From Leptolyngbyaceae cyanobacterium (GTDB lineage Bacteria; Cyanobacteriota; Cyanobacteriia; Phormidesmidales; Phormidesmidaceae): 12,766 nt of DNA. The stretch lies in NCBI GenBank assembly GCA_050331235.1, contig JBHJHA010000098.1, positions 1 to 12,766 on the forward strand, written 5' to 3'. The notes under the pieces are model-generated. The model ran no database searches and was not told where the DNA came from. It worked only from the letters and a program-made list of their open reading frames with translations. Below are positions 1 through 7,912 of this stretch, in pieces (the stretch's first letter is position 1; every line of letters begins with the position of its first letter). The translations under genes and the position numbers were made by a program.

Positions 1-1
1 G

Positions 2-739
2 TCTCTATGCGCGATCGCCGCTTGCGAGCAGGCTCCATCGGCAACTGATCCCTACACAACCCCCCCCCCCGAAGAATCCGCCGAACCCACTGAAAATGAG
101 CCGACGGCGGCTACCCCTACTGACTCCGCCGAAACTTCTCCTGAGGCTGAGCCAGAAGCCACTGCTCCAGCAACAGCGCCAGAGCCGAAGCCAGTGCCAT
201 CGCTGCCCGAGGGGTGCACTAACCCCGAAACGCAAACAATGATGAATACCTGTGCCCAAGCAGAGTACGAGCAAGCCGATGTCAAACTAAACAATGCGTA
301 CCAGTCGGTCAAAGCATCGGTCAACGCGCAAAAGGCCGATCAATTGATTACTGCGGAGCAGGCGTGGCTGACGTTTCGCGATAGCTATTGTGACTTTGTC
401 CAGTCTCAGTTTGCTGGGGGCTCTTTACAGCCGACAATTTACTACACCTGTATGACCCAGTTGACCAACGATCGCACGGCGGTACTACAACAAACTGCAT
501 CCAGCGGTGGCAGCTTTGAATCAGCCGACCAGGCACTTAATACGGTCTATCAAGATTTACAGGGGGGCTTATCAGCGGATGAGCAGGCTCAACTGACCGA
601 TGCCCAGCTTGCATGGCTGGACTACCGCGACGCCCATTGTGCGTTCGAAGGGGGAGCCACAGATGCCTGCATGGCGCAGGTCACGTCAATTCGCGTTGAG
701 CAACTGCAGCAACAAATAGAGAATAATGCACCGCTGTAA
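2..739 (+). CDS. Lipoprotein with two tandem LprI/DUF1311 (lysozyme inhibitor-like) domains; 5' end outside window
   Basis: The frame of ORF 194..739 is open back to position 2 and reads SLCAIAACEQAPSATDPYTTPPPEESAEP..., a lipobox (IAA-C, Cys at 23-25) followed by a Pro/Ala/Glu/Thr-rich linker. Two DUF1311-like repeats follow: CxxxxTQxxMNxCAxxxYxxADxxLNxxY...QxAWLxFRDxxC and ADxxLNxxY...AQxAWLxYRDxxC. Confidence 0.8.
   Translation, partial: SLCAIAACEQAPSATDPYTTPPPEESAEPTENEPTAATPTDSAETSPEAEPEATAPATAPEPKPVPSLPEGCTNPETQTMMNTCAQAEYEQADVKLNNAYQSVKASVNAQKADQLITAEQAWLTFRDSYCDFVQSQFAGGSLQPTIYYTCMTQLTNDRTAVLQQTASSGGSFESADQALNTVYQDLQGGLSADEQAQLTDAQLAWLDYRDAHCAFEGGATDACMAQVTSIRVEQLQQQIENNAPL
60..70 (+). 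repeat. C11 homopolymer inside the LprI lipoprotein CDS
   Basis: Eleven consecutive C (third base pair of Thr plus Pro-Pro-Pro), currently in frame. Confidence 0.9.
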
Positions 740-875
740 TGGTCGGCCGAGTTCGCCGGTTTGCGATGGGCCAGCTGGCTCATTGGTGGTAGTAAAAATT
801 TAGCCTTGCCAGATCAAAGACTTAGAACAACGACGCAGGTGCTGCTGGGTCTGCAATTTGTACCAGTGTGACAGG

Positions 876-998
876 TCAAGCAGTCATATGGTATTCGCCG
901 TAGTCGGCTATATCGTCTATGCCAATAGCGGTGAGAATGACTTCGCTTGATAGCCAAAGGAATGACTGCCATAAGAGCCGACGCCATCGAATTTTCAT
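876..998 (-). CDS. Small hypothetical protein (40 aa; 42 aa from ATG 1004), MKIRWRRLLWQSFLWLSSEVILTAIGIDDIADYGEYHMTA
   Basis: Translated by hand; below the ORF-track cutoff. GAGGG SD (1006-1010) lies 7 nt before ATG 998. Basic N-terminus, hydrophobic helix, acidic GIDDIADYGE tail. Resembles, from memory, a cyanobacterial small-protein pattern (W-K/R-K/R-LL...WL..E..L...G.D.LADY.E). Confidence 0.7.
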   Translation of the reverse strand: MKIRWRRLLWQSFLWLSSEVILTAIGIDDIADYGEYHMTA

Positions 999-1133
999 AG
1001 TCATACCCTCATTCACCCTATGAGGTCGATTACCTTCGCTAAATCCAAGGTGCCCGGCCAGTAACGGCCCTACCTTCCTAAAATTACGGAATGCTGGTCG
1101 CTGAATGGCGCTATCTTGAGTGGCATTGCGGAG

Positions 1134-1568
1134 CTAGTTGGCTGGTGATGAGTTGTCGACAGCGCGATCGCGGCAGCCACGTCCTAGTCCTAATCCCCAG
1201 CCCAGCACCGGAAAAATAGACCAGGTAACCATACCGGCGGTAGCGATGTCTATGCCCACCATCAGCACACTCGCCAACAGGTACCCTTGCCACTTTTGGC
1301 GACGAGAGGGCGAGGGCATCGTAGGAGTGGTGTCCGTTGAAGGCACTGTCGTATCAGATACCAAGGACGATCGCCATTCTGCGATCGCTTGCCCCAGTGC
1401 CTCAGTTGAGATCTCCAGATCCCCTGCCATTTCTTGCAATTGTGTCAAAGAGTAACGTTCTTCATCACGCAACTCCAGAGCCCTGGCCAAAATCACTTGG
1501 ACTGCTTCAGACGAATACGAACCCTCTTGCGACAAGGAATTGGGCAACGACGACCAAGATTGAGACAT
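1134..1568 (-). CDS. 2TM domain-containing membrane protein
   Basis: N-terminal [15 protein letters not shown]...[22 protein letters not shown] segment typical of cyanobacterial 2TM proteins. Two C-terminal hydrophobic helices end in [13 protein letters not shown]. Confidence 0.75.
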   Translation of the reverse strand: MSQSWSSLPNSLSQEGSYSSEAVQVILARALELRDEERYSLTQLQEMAGDLEISTEALGQAIAEWRSSLVSDTTVPSTDTTPTMPSPSRRQKWQGYLLASVLMVGIDIATAGMVTWSIFPVLGWGLGLGRGCRDRAVDNSSPAN

Positions 1569-1586
1569 CGTAGATTCGCTCCATAC

Positions 1587-1606
1587 ATATGCAACTTATT
1601 GCCTAC
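1587..1606. promoter_or_regulatory. Degenerate palindromic operator O2
   Basis: ATATGCAACTTATTGCCTAC matches O1 at 17/20 positions, starts 43 bp away and covers the predicted transcription start. Confidence 0.6.
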
Positions 1607-1608
1607 AG

Positions 1609-1637
1609 ATTATAGGTCAAACAGCATGAATATGCAA
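1609..1637 (-). promoter_or_regulatory. sigma70-type promoter for the 2TM gene
   Basis: Minus strand: -35 TTGCAT (1637-1632), exactly 17-nt spacer, -10 TATAAT (1614-1609), 40 nt upstream of ATG 1568. Confidence 0.7.
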
Positions 1638-1649
1638 CTTGTTGCATAT
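1630..1649. promoter_or_regulatory. Palindromic operator O1 (AphA/PadR-like box)
   Basis: ATATGCAAC-TT-GTTGCATAT is a perfect 9-bp inverted repeat overlapping the -35 element. Confidence 0.7.
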
Positions 1650-1739
1650 CGATTGCGACTCCTTGGATCGTTTAATGCGGCCTTAAAAAGGCCTCGATAC
1701 AATGACTATGGAATGTTCAACCGATCAAGAGGAAAGGAT

Positions 1740-2912
1740 ATGGCCCAGAATTTGCTAGAGCAACTGCGCGACTTCACTGTCGTAGTTGCTGATACCGGCG
1801 ACATCCAAGCGATTGAGCAGTTTACTCCCCGTGACGCCACAACCAACCCTTCACTGATCACGGCGGCGGCACAAATGCCCAAATATCACGAAATCGTCGA
1901 CGAAACGTTACTCAAAGCGAAACAGGAAGCAGGCGAAAGTGCCTCTGAAAAAGAAGTCGCCAATCTTGCCTTTAAGCGATTAGCAGTCGCCTTTGGTTTG
2001 AAAATTATAGCGATCATACCGGGGCGAGTCTCCACAGAGCTTGATGCGCGGTTGTCCTACGACACGGAGGCGACGATCGCCACGGCTCGCGAGATTATTG
2101 AGCAGTACGAAGCCGCTGGGATGAGCCGCGATCGTATCTTGATTAAGATTGCGTCCACCTGGGAAGGGATCAGAGCCGCAGAAGTTCTCGAAAAAGAGGG
2201 CATCCATTGCAATCTGACCCTGTTGTTTGGGCTTCATCAGGCGATCGCCTGCGCCGAAGCAGGTGCCACGCTAATTTCTCCGTTCGTTGGCCGCATTCTC
2301 GACTGGTACAAAAAAGAAACCGGCAAAGAATACGAGCCCACTGAAGATCCGGGTGTCGAGTCAGTCACCTCTATCTACAACTATTACAAAAAGTTTGGCT
2401 ACAACACCGAAGTCATGGGAGCGAGCTTCCGCAACATTGGTGAGATTTGTGAACTAGCCGGTTGTGACTTGCTGACCATTTCTCCCAAGCTACTGGCACG
2501 TCTCCAGGAAGAAGACGCAACTCTCGAACGCCAGCTATCGCCGGAGAAAGCAGCTGCCGCGGACATTGAGAAAATCTTGATGGACAAGGCAACCTTTGAC
2601 AAAATGCATCAAGAAGACCGCATGGCCTCTGAAAAGCTTGACGAAGGCATCAAGGGCTTTAGTAAGGCCCTAGAATCACTGGAGCAGCTCCTAGCGGATC
2701 GCTTGGCTCAACTCAGCTCTGGTGAAGAGCTCGTTCACCACGCGGCCCAAGACTTGTTCCAGGCCTATGATTTGGATGAAGATGGCTTCATCACCCGCGA
2801 AGAGTGGTTGGGCACCGACGCCGTTTTTGATGCTTTAGATATCGACCACGATGGCAAAGTTACCGTTGAGGAGATGAACACAGGGCTAGGTGGCGCTTAC
2901 CAGCTCATTTAG
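1740..2912 (+). CDS. tal: Transaldolase with C-terminal EF-hand pair
   Basis: Motifs [26 protein letters not shown] (Schiff-base Lys), [17 protein letters not shown] and MGASFR. Start placed at ATG 1740 ([10 protein letters not shown]) after a purine-rich AAGAGGAAAGG; the ORF-track extension to 1434 overlaps the 2TM gene. EF loops [12 protein letters not shown] and [12 protein letters not shown]. Confidence 0.96.
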   Translation: MAQNLLEQLRDFTVVVADTGDIQAIEQFTPRDATTNPSLITAAAQMPKYHEIVDETLLKAKQEAGESASEKEVANLAFKRLAVAFGLKIIAIIPGRVSTELDARLSYDTEATIATAREIIEQYEAAGMSRDRILIKIASTWEGIRAAEVLEKEGIHCNLTLLFGLHQAIACAEAGATLISPFVGRILDWYKKETGKEYEPTEDPGVESVTSIYNYYKKFGYNTEVMGASFRNIGEICELAGCDLLTISPKLLARLQEEDATLERQLSPEKAAAADIEKILMDKATFDKMHQEDRMASEKLDEGIKGFSKALESLEQLLADRLAQLSSGEELVHHAAQDLFQAYDLDEDGFITREEWLGTDAVFDALDIDHDGKVTVEEMNTGLGGAYQLI

Positions 2913-2937
2913 CCACTCTTCATTGTCGGACTACTGT

Positions 2938-2985
2938 CCCACCCAACTTCTCATCAGGATTGACTCCCATGAGAAGCTGGGTGGG
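2938..2985. terminator. Long stem-loop between convergent tal and GT2 genes; likely terminator or 3' stabilising hairpin
   Basis: CCCACCCAACTTCTCAT (2938-2954) and ATGAGAAGCTGGGTGGG (2969-2985): 17-bp inverted repeat, 1 mismatch, 14-nt loop; only a short T-run follows. Confidence 0.6.
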
Positions 2986-3037
2986 CAGGTTTGATCAGAG
3001 CCGCAGCAATAACGGAAACTGCGGGCCTTCGTTTCGC

Positions 3038-5311
3038 TCACGCCGTCGGTAAGGGGTTGACGCGGGCACTACCGGTCAAAAACCGAGGCCACAGCAGCAC
3101 TTGGAGCAAAATCAACAGTGACCTCAGTTCGCCGGGCGAATTCCATCGTTTCCACTGGCCAGGGCGGCAGAATAGGAGCTCCACAAGTTGACGCTGCTGG
3201 GTAAGCGATAAAGGGCCAAACTCGATCTTGGCGGTCATTGCTTGGTTGTTTGTCTGGATTTGGGTCAGCCGTCCCGGTAATGCCAATGACTCTTCGGCAA
3301 CGTTGAGCGTTACGGCTACGACGGTTTCAGAATTGATAGTCCACATCGCCGGCTGAACGAAGGATACGAGTGCTCCTGTTTCTGACATACTTTGAGTCAT
3401 CCCCCAAACAGAAATCACTTGACTCTTTTCGGAGTCGGTAGTCACCGTCATAACTAATTCTGCAACTCGCTTATAGGCAAGCCAAATTTGACCATCGGGG
3501 TTGGGCACATCTAACAAAATCAAGAGCGCAATGGCTAGCATAAGTAAGTTGTAAAGGCTCCATATCCAGCCTAGGGCCAGTCCTTTGAGGCCCAGATTGC
3601 TACTACTATCGGCTAGCGCCCAAGCGAGATTGCGCCATAGGCTAATCACCGTGAGCGTAAAGGTGAACAACAGTGGCCAGGCGAGTTGCCAGTTAAAAGC
3701 AAAGCGATCGCGATGGATGCCCTTAGGGGTCACGTTAAAGCCCTTGTCAAACGGGGCTAAAAAAGCTTGAAATACGGTCCTAGCCAGTGGAAAGACCATC
3801 ACCAACCCGTAGACATCAGACAAGATGGCCGATCGCGATCGGTGATTGAGCCAACTAAATACCGTCAGCTGTACGGCATAGTAGGGCAGAAAGAAATACA
3901 TGACTTCCTCTGTTGATGCCTGGATGGGGATAACGCGAAAAAAGGTGTAGACAAAAGGCATGAAGAGAAACACAATGCGGGGGATGCTGCTGAACCAGTG
4001 CAAGAGCCCTTCTAAATGAGCCAGCCGCTGAATCAACGTCAAACCTGGAATCGTGAGTGGATTTGACTCGATAAAGAATGCCTGTAGGGTGCCCTGAGCC
4101 CAGCGCACTCGCTGAATGACATGGGCTGCAATAGTCTCAGCGGCTAAACCAGCGCTTAATTTCTCATCTAAGTAGATGACTTTATTCCCATCGGCAGCTA
4201 AGCGCACAGCCGTAAAGTAATCTTCACTCAAAGATTCGGTGACAAACCCACCAGTGGCTTCCAGCGCTTGTCGACGCACCACAAAAGACGTGCCCGAACA
4301 AACGACGCCACCGACGCCATCTCGCATAGGCTGAATCTGCCGGTAAAACACCTCCTCGTCAGGGGTCAAGATACCCTCTAAACCCAGGTTGCGAGCGATC
4401 GGGTCTGGATTATAAAAGCTTTGGGGAGTTTGCACTAGGGCAACCTGTGGATCTTGAAAAAACCCTACGGTGCGCAGCAAAAAGTTGCGCGTCGGGACAA
4501 AGTCGGCATCGAAAGAGACGATGAGTTCACTCTGAGTGTGGGCGATCGCATGATTTAAGTTACCGGCTTTAGCATGACGATTATCGGGGCGGGTCAGATA
4601 TTGAAACAAAAGCTCTTGAGCCAAAGCACGAAAGGATGGTCGGCGGGTGTCGTCTAGAAAATAGACCGTTTTGCGAGGGTACTCCAGGGCCTGACAACCC
4701 ATGATCGTACGCCGCAGAATAAAGTCCGGCTCATTGTAAGTAGGAATAAACACATCCACGCTGGGCAGATACCGCCCAGCTAATACATCGGGCTGTAGCT
4801 GATCGGCTTGGGGTCGGCGATCGCTCATTCGCAACAGCAACATCAGCTGAATGCAACTACCGGTTAACCCAACCAACTCCATCGCCAGCAGCAGCAGGCT
4901 AAAAGTACCGCTTAGCGGAGTCGAGAGATTCAAGGTTGAGAAAATCCGCCAGGACAGATACCGTCCCAGGAGACTGAGCAAGATCGCAACGACCACCACG
5001 CGCGACCAAGTCTTAGGTTTGCTAGATATTTTGGTGATCGCCCACGCAACCAACGACAGAAATACCGTTGGTGCTAGTAGATAGCGCCCAGCTACCATGG
5101 GAGCCTGTACCCATCGAGGTGGGTTAGCCTGCAGCGCAGCAAGCTGTTCAAATAGCCGAGTGACCTGCGTTTGCCCAGAAAACCAAGCAGCTATCACAAC
5201 AGCCATCAGCAGACACAGCCCCAACATGATGAGGGTAGCCCAGCGGATCGGGGTCGGCGGCGGTGGAGAAGGCTGGGGCTTAGTCGCCGGCGAAGACTTA
5301 GCAGGTAGCAT
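3038..5311 (-). CDS. Cellulose synthase catalytic subunit-like processive GT2 (CesA/BcsA family)
   Basis: VDVFIPTYNE, LDD, HAKAGNLN, FDADF, VQTPQ, SED (TED-equivalent), QRVRW and the FNVTPK gating loop; multiple TM helices on both sides; PilZ-like C-terminal region. Confidence 0.9.
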   Translation of the reverse strand: MLPAKSSPATKPQPSPPPPTPIRWATLIMLGLCLLMAVVIAAWFSGQTQVTRLFEQLAALQANPPRWVQAPMVAGRYLLAPTVFLSLVAWAITKISSKPKTWSRVVVVAILLSLLGRYLSWRIFSTLNLSTPLSGTFSLLLLAMELVGLTGSCIQLMLLLRMSDRRPQADQLQPDVLAGRYLPSVDVFIPTYNEPDFILRRTIMGCQALEYPRKTVYFLDDTRRPSFRALAQELLFQYLTRPDNRHAKAGNLNHAIAHTQSELIVSFDADFVPTRNFLLRTVGFFQDPQVALVQTPQSFYNPDPIARNLGLEGILTPDEEVFYRQIQPMRDGVGGVVCSGTSFVVRRQALEATGGFVTESLSEDYFTAVRLAADGNKVIYLDEKLSAGLAAETIAAHVIQRVRWAQGTLQAFFIESNPLTIPGLTLIQRLAHLEGLLHWFSSIPRIVFLFMPFVYTFFRVIPIQASTEEVMYFFLPYYAVQLTVFSWLNHRSRSAILSDVYGLVMVFPLARTVFQAFLAPFDKGFNVTPKGIHRDRFAFNWQLAWPLLFTFTLTVISLWRNLAWALADSSSNLGLKGLALGWIWSLYNLLMLAIALLILLDVPNPDGQIWLAYKRVAELVMTVTTDSEKSQVISVWGMTQSMSETGALVSFVQPAMWTINSETVVAVTLNVAEESLALPGRLTQIQTNNQAMTAKIEFGPLSLTQQRQLVELLFCRPGQWKRWNSPGELRSLLILLQVLLWPRFLTGSARVNPLPTA

Positions 5312-5783
5312 GGCAACTCCGAACCGCAGTAAGCATAAAACGACTTATCCAGAGAGTCCTGATCAGTTGTGGTAGACGGTGTAGCGCTGGCCACCCACCT
5401 AGTAACAAATCCCTGTGGGTCATAGGCGTTAACAACAGCCGTAAAGCTGAACTAGCCGCCCCAGCGGACGATAAACCATCTAATGCCAGATCAACATAAT
5501 CAGCTTTGAGCACTGCAGACAGTTCCCCATAATGAGTGACAGGTTTCCCCTAAGGCGATGAAGCGAGCATGGGTCATCCGGTTTCCAAACGTTGGTCAAC
5601 GGCAGAGAAACCTAGGGCGCTATCGATTGCAGCTCCGGAAAGCAGCTCTACATTTAAGGTAGTTTACAAATCTTAGACCTGCATGAGAAAGTCGGCGGCT
5701 CGCGATCGCGCTCATGCCGTAATGGGGCCAAGTAGTTGAGTTATCTTGAAAACTGTCGCATCCCACACCAAACTTTTGTTCCT

Positions 5784-6989
5784 ATGTCTACCCCGACGTT
5801 GAGTTGGCCAGAGCTCAAAGGACTAACTCACTACTCCCTCGATCGCATCCAGGGGCCAACCAACGCACAGGCAACGCTGCGCCTATTTGGCCAAACTGAG
5901 GCTGACGTTCGCGTAACGCTCTATCGCGATAACCACGCATGGTGCCCTTACTGCCAAAAGGTCTGGCTATGGTTGGAGGAGAAGCAAATTCCTTATCGCA
6001 TCGAAAAAATCACGATGTTTTGCTATGGCAAAAAAGAGGACTGGTATAAACGCAAGGTGCCCTCAGGCATGCTGCCAGCCCTAGAGTTGGATGGCCAGTT
6101 AGTGACTGAAAGTGATGATATCCTCGCGGCGCTCGAACAGGCTTTTGGCTCTCTCGCCTATGGACTGCAAGACACCCAAGTCATGCCGCTACGCCGGTTA
6201 GAAAGACTCCTGTTTCGGGCTTGGTGCGCCTGGCTATGCTATCCAGCGCGATCGCCCCGCGAAGAAGACTCTCACCGAGCTCAATTTTTGCAGGCCGTAG
6301 CTGAGGTGGAATCAGCCCTGAGCCACACACCAGGACCGTTCTTTTTGTCAGATTTCAGCACAGCAGATGTTGTGTTCACTCCCTATGTGGAACGGATGAA
6401 TGCCAGCTTGTACTACTACAAGGGATATTCACTCCGGGAAGAAAATCCTGGTTTATCCGCCTGGTTTGATGGACTCGAGAGCCGCGTAACCTACCGGGGG
6501 ACCCAGAGCGACTTTCACACCCACGTTCACGATCTGCCACCACAGATGGGCGGCTGCTACAGTAACCAAACACCTGAGGCCAACCGTAATCAGCAGCGCG
6601 TCGATCACGGACCGTGGTTTGGCTTACCCGATGCGACCTATCCCGAACCCGCAACGGCTCGTGCAGAAGCTTTACAGCGGGTCATCACCCACCGAGCCAA
6701 TATCATCCGGGTAAATCCCCTGCAGGACTCAGTCATTGACGAAGCTCTCCGGTGTGCTCTGACCACCATGATGACCGGGGCTGTATGTCAGCCACCGGCG
6801 GGTGCCGATAAGGGTTTGCGGTACCTGCGCGATCGCATTAACGTCCCGAGAGATATGTCTATTTATGCAGCCAAGCACCTCCGCACCGCCCTGGAACAGA
6901 CGGCGGCCCAGGTGGGCCCCCAACAAGGTCCAGAGATTCCTATTCGTCATCGGCGCGATCAGGACCCACGTGAGTTTGCCTCTGTATAG
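5784..6989 (+). CDS. Cysteine-type glutathione S-transferase family protein
   Basis: [25 protein letters not shown] (CPYC site), [11 protein letters not shown]...TESDDI (cis-Pro and ES motif), GPFFL..FS.AD...PY.ER C-domain, plus a long C-terminal extension. ATG 5784 preferred to TTG 5736. Confidence 0.88.
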   Translation: MSTPTLSWPELKGLTHYSLDRIQGPTNAQATLRLFGQTEADVRVTLYRDNHAWCPYCQKVWLWLEEKQIPYRIEKITMFCYGKKEDWYKRKVPSGMLPALELDGQLVTESDDILAALEQAFGSLAYGLQDTQVMPLRRLERLLFRAWCAWLCYPARSPREEDSHRAQFLQAVAEVESALSHTPGPFFLSDFSTADVVFTPYVERMNASLYYYKGYSLREENPGLSAWFDGLESRVTYRGTQSDFHTHVHDLPPQMGGCYSNQTPEANRNQQRVDHGPWFGLPDATYPEPATARAEALQRVITHRANIIRVNPLQDSVIDEALRCALTTMMTGAVCQPPAGADKGLRYLRDRINVPRDMSIYAAKHLRTALEQTAAQVGPQQGPEIPIRHRRDQDPREFASV

Positions 6990-7007
6990 GTGATCCCGCA
7001 TCACCCC

Positions 7008-7757
7008 CTATGCCAGCGGCTGGCGCTGGTCAGCATCGGGGGCGGGCACGACGATGTAGCCTGAGGCCCCATCGCCGAGGACCCAATTGCGATCGCGCCC
7101 CCACCACCACCAGTGGGCTCCGGCATAGGCACAGGTGAGGGCATCGAGCTGATCTTCCGCGGCTTTGAAGGCTTGACCGCCGCTCGGCACGTCGGGCAAG
7201 TCAGCCGCTTGCAGTGGCAAGGCCGGCGTTAGCGTCGGAAAGGTCTCTAGCTGCAACCGCCGCAGTTGCCCAAGGGCGAGGCGGCGATCGGCAATCCGGC
7301 CTTTTTTGTATTTCAGGATCTTGGGCAGCCGGAAGAGATGAATGGTGGCTGGATGGGGAAACAGCTCAATCTGATATCGCCCCGGTTGGTGAGGCACAAT
7401 GTCAGAGGCATGGTGAAAGCCGCGCTGTTCTAACGCTTGGCCAAAGTCCAGCAGCGCCGCGGCAAAAGGGCGGCCCCGGTTAGCGGGATAGCAGCCAGCG
7501 TCGTATTGACCAAAGTAACGATGGGCGAGGCGATCGCACCACCGCATCCCAGTTTCATTGGGAATGAGTGTTGGCGCATCGACAGCAATCAGAGCGGGCG
7601 CAGTTGAGGGAATTGTCCGATCAATCCAGGCTAAGACGGTGGCTCGCGTTGAACAATGAACAAAATCGAGCAGTTGTAAATGAGATGCCGTCTGGGTCAG
7701 TAAACAAATGCCGCTACCGCCAGATTGCCACCCCAAATCAATACCAATAAAATACAT
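7008..7757 (-). CDS. DUF429 domain protein (predicted RNase H-fold nuclease)
   Basis: FIGIDLGW...SG, IAVDAP.......G.R..D, IELFPHPA, LKYKKG and EDQLDA..CA motifs. Confidence 0.82.
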   Translation of the reverse strand: MYFIGIDLGWQSGGSGICLLTQTASHLQLLDFVHCSTRATVLAWIDRTIPSTAPALIAVDAPTLIPNETGMRWCDRLAHRYFGQYDAGCYPANRGRPFAAALLDFGQALEQRGFHHASDIVPHQPGRYQIELFPHPATIHLFRLPKILKYKKGRIADRRLALGQLRRLQLETFPTLTPALPLQAADLPDVPSGGQAFKAAEDQLDALTCAYAGAHWWWWGRDRNWVLGDGASGYIVVPAPDADQRQPLA

Positions 7758-7912
7758 GGGCCGCCGGTTGTTATCTGCAAAACATCGCGCTCCGCGCGCT
7801 CATAGCTGCCCGAGGGGAGCGCCAATTTCTTCGTGAATTCTCGGAAGGCTTGGGTAAACTCTTGAATGCAGGGACTTTCGATGCTTTCGTTGCTTTTATT
7901 GGGAAACTTTTT

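Noticed and set aside
1005..1133. Known riboswitch (ydaO c-di-AMP, glnA glutamine, c-di-GMP-I) upstream of the microprotein
   Set aside because: The conserved aptamer cores of these classes are not visible by eye; only generic hairpins were found.
1434..1739. N-terminal 102-aa extension of transaldolase in the ORF track
   Set aside because: It overlaps the 2TM gene and its promoter/operators on the other strand. Transaldolase similarity and the SD begin at ATG 1740.
5298..5513. 71-aa minus-strand ORF upstream of the GT2 gene
   Set aside because: GTG start, no SD, no recognisable motif; probably spurious.
5648..5680. HLR1/RpaB or NtcA site upstream of the GST gene
   Set aside because: Only one good half-site (TTTACAAA, 5663-5670), no matching repeat 10 bp away, and no GTA-N8-TAC.
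7008..7757. DUF429 as a defence or mobile-element nuclease
   Set aside because: Solitary gene among housekeeping genes with normal HIP1 content, no partner genes and no flanking repeats.
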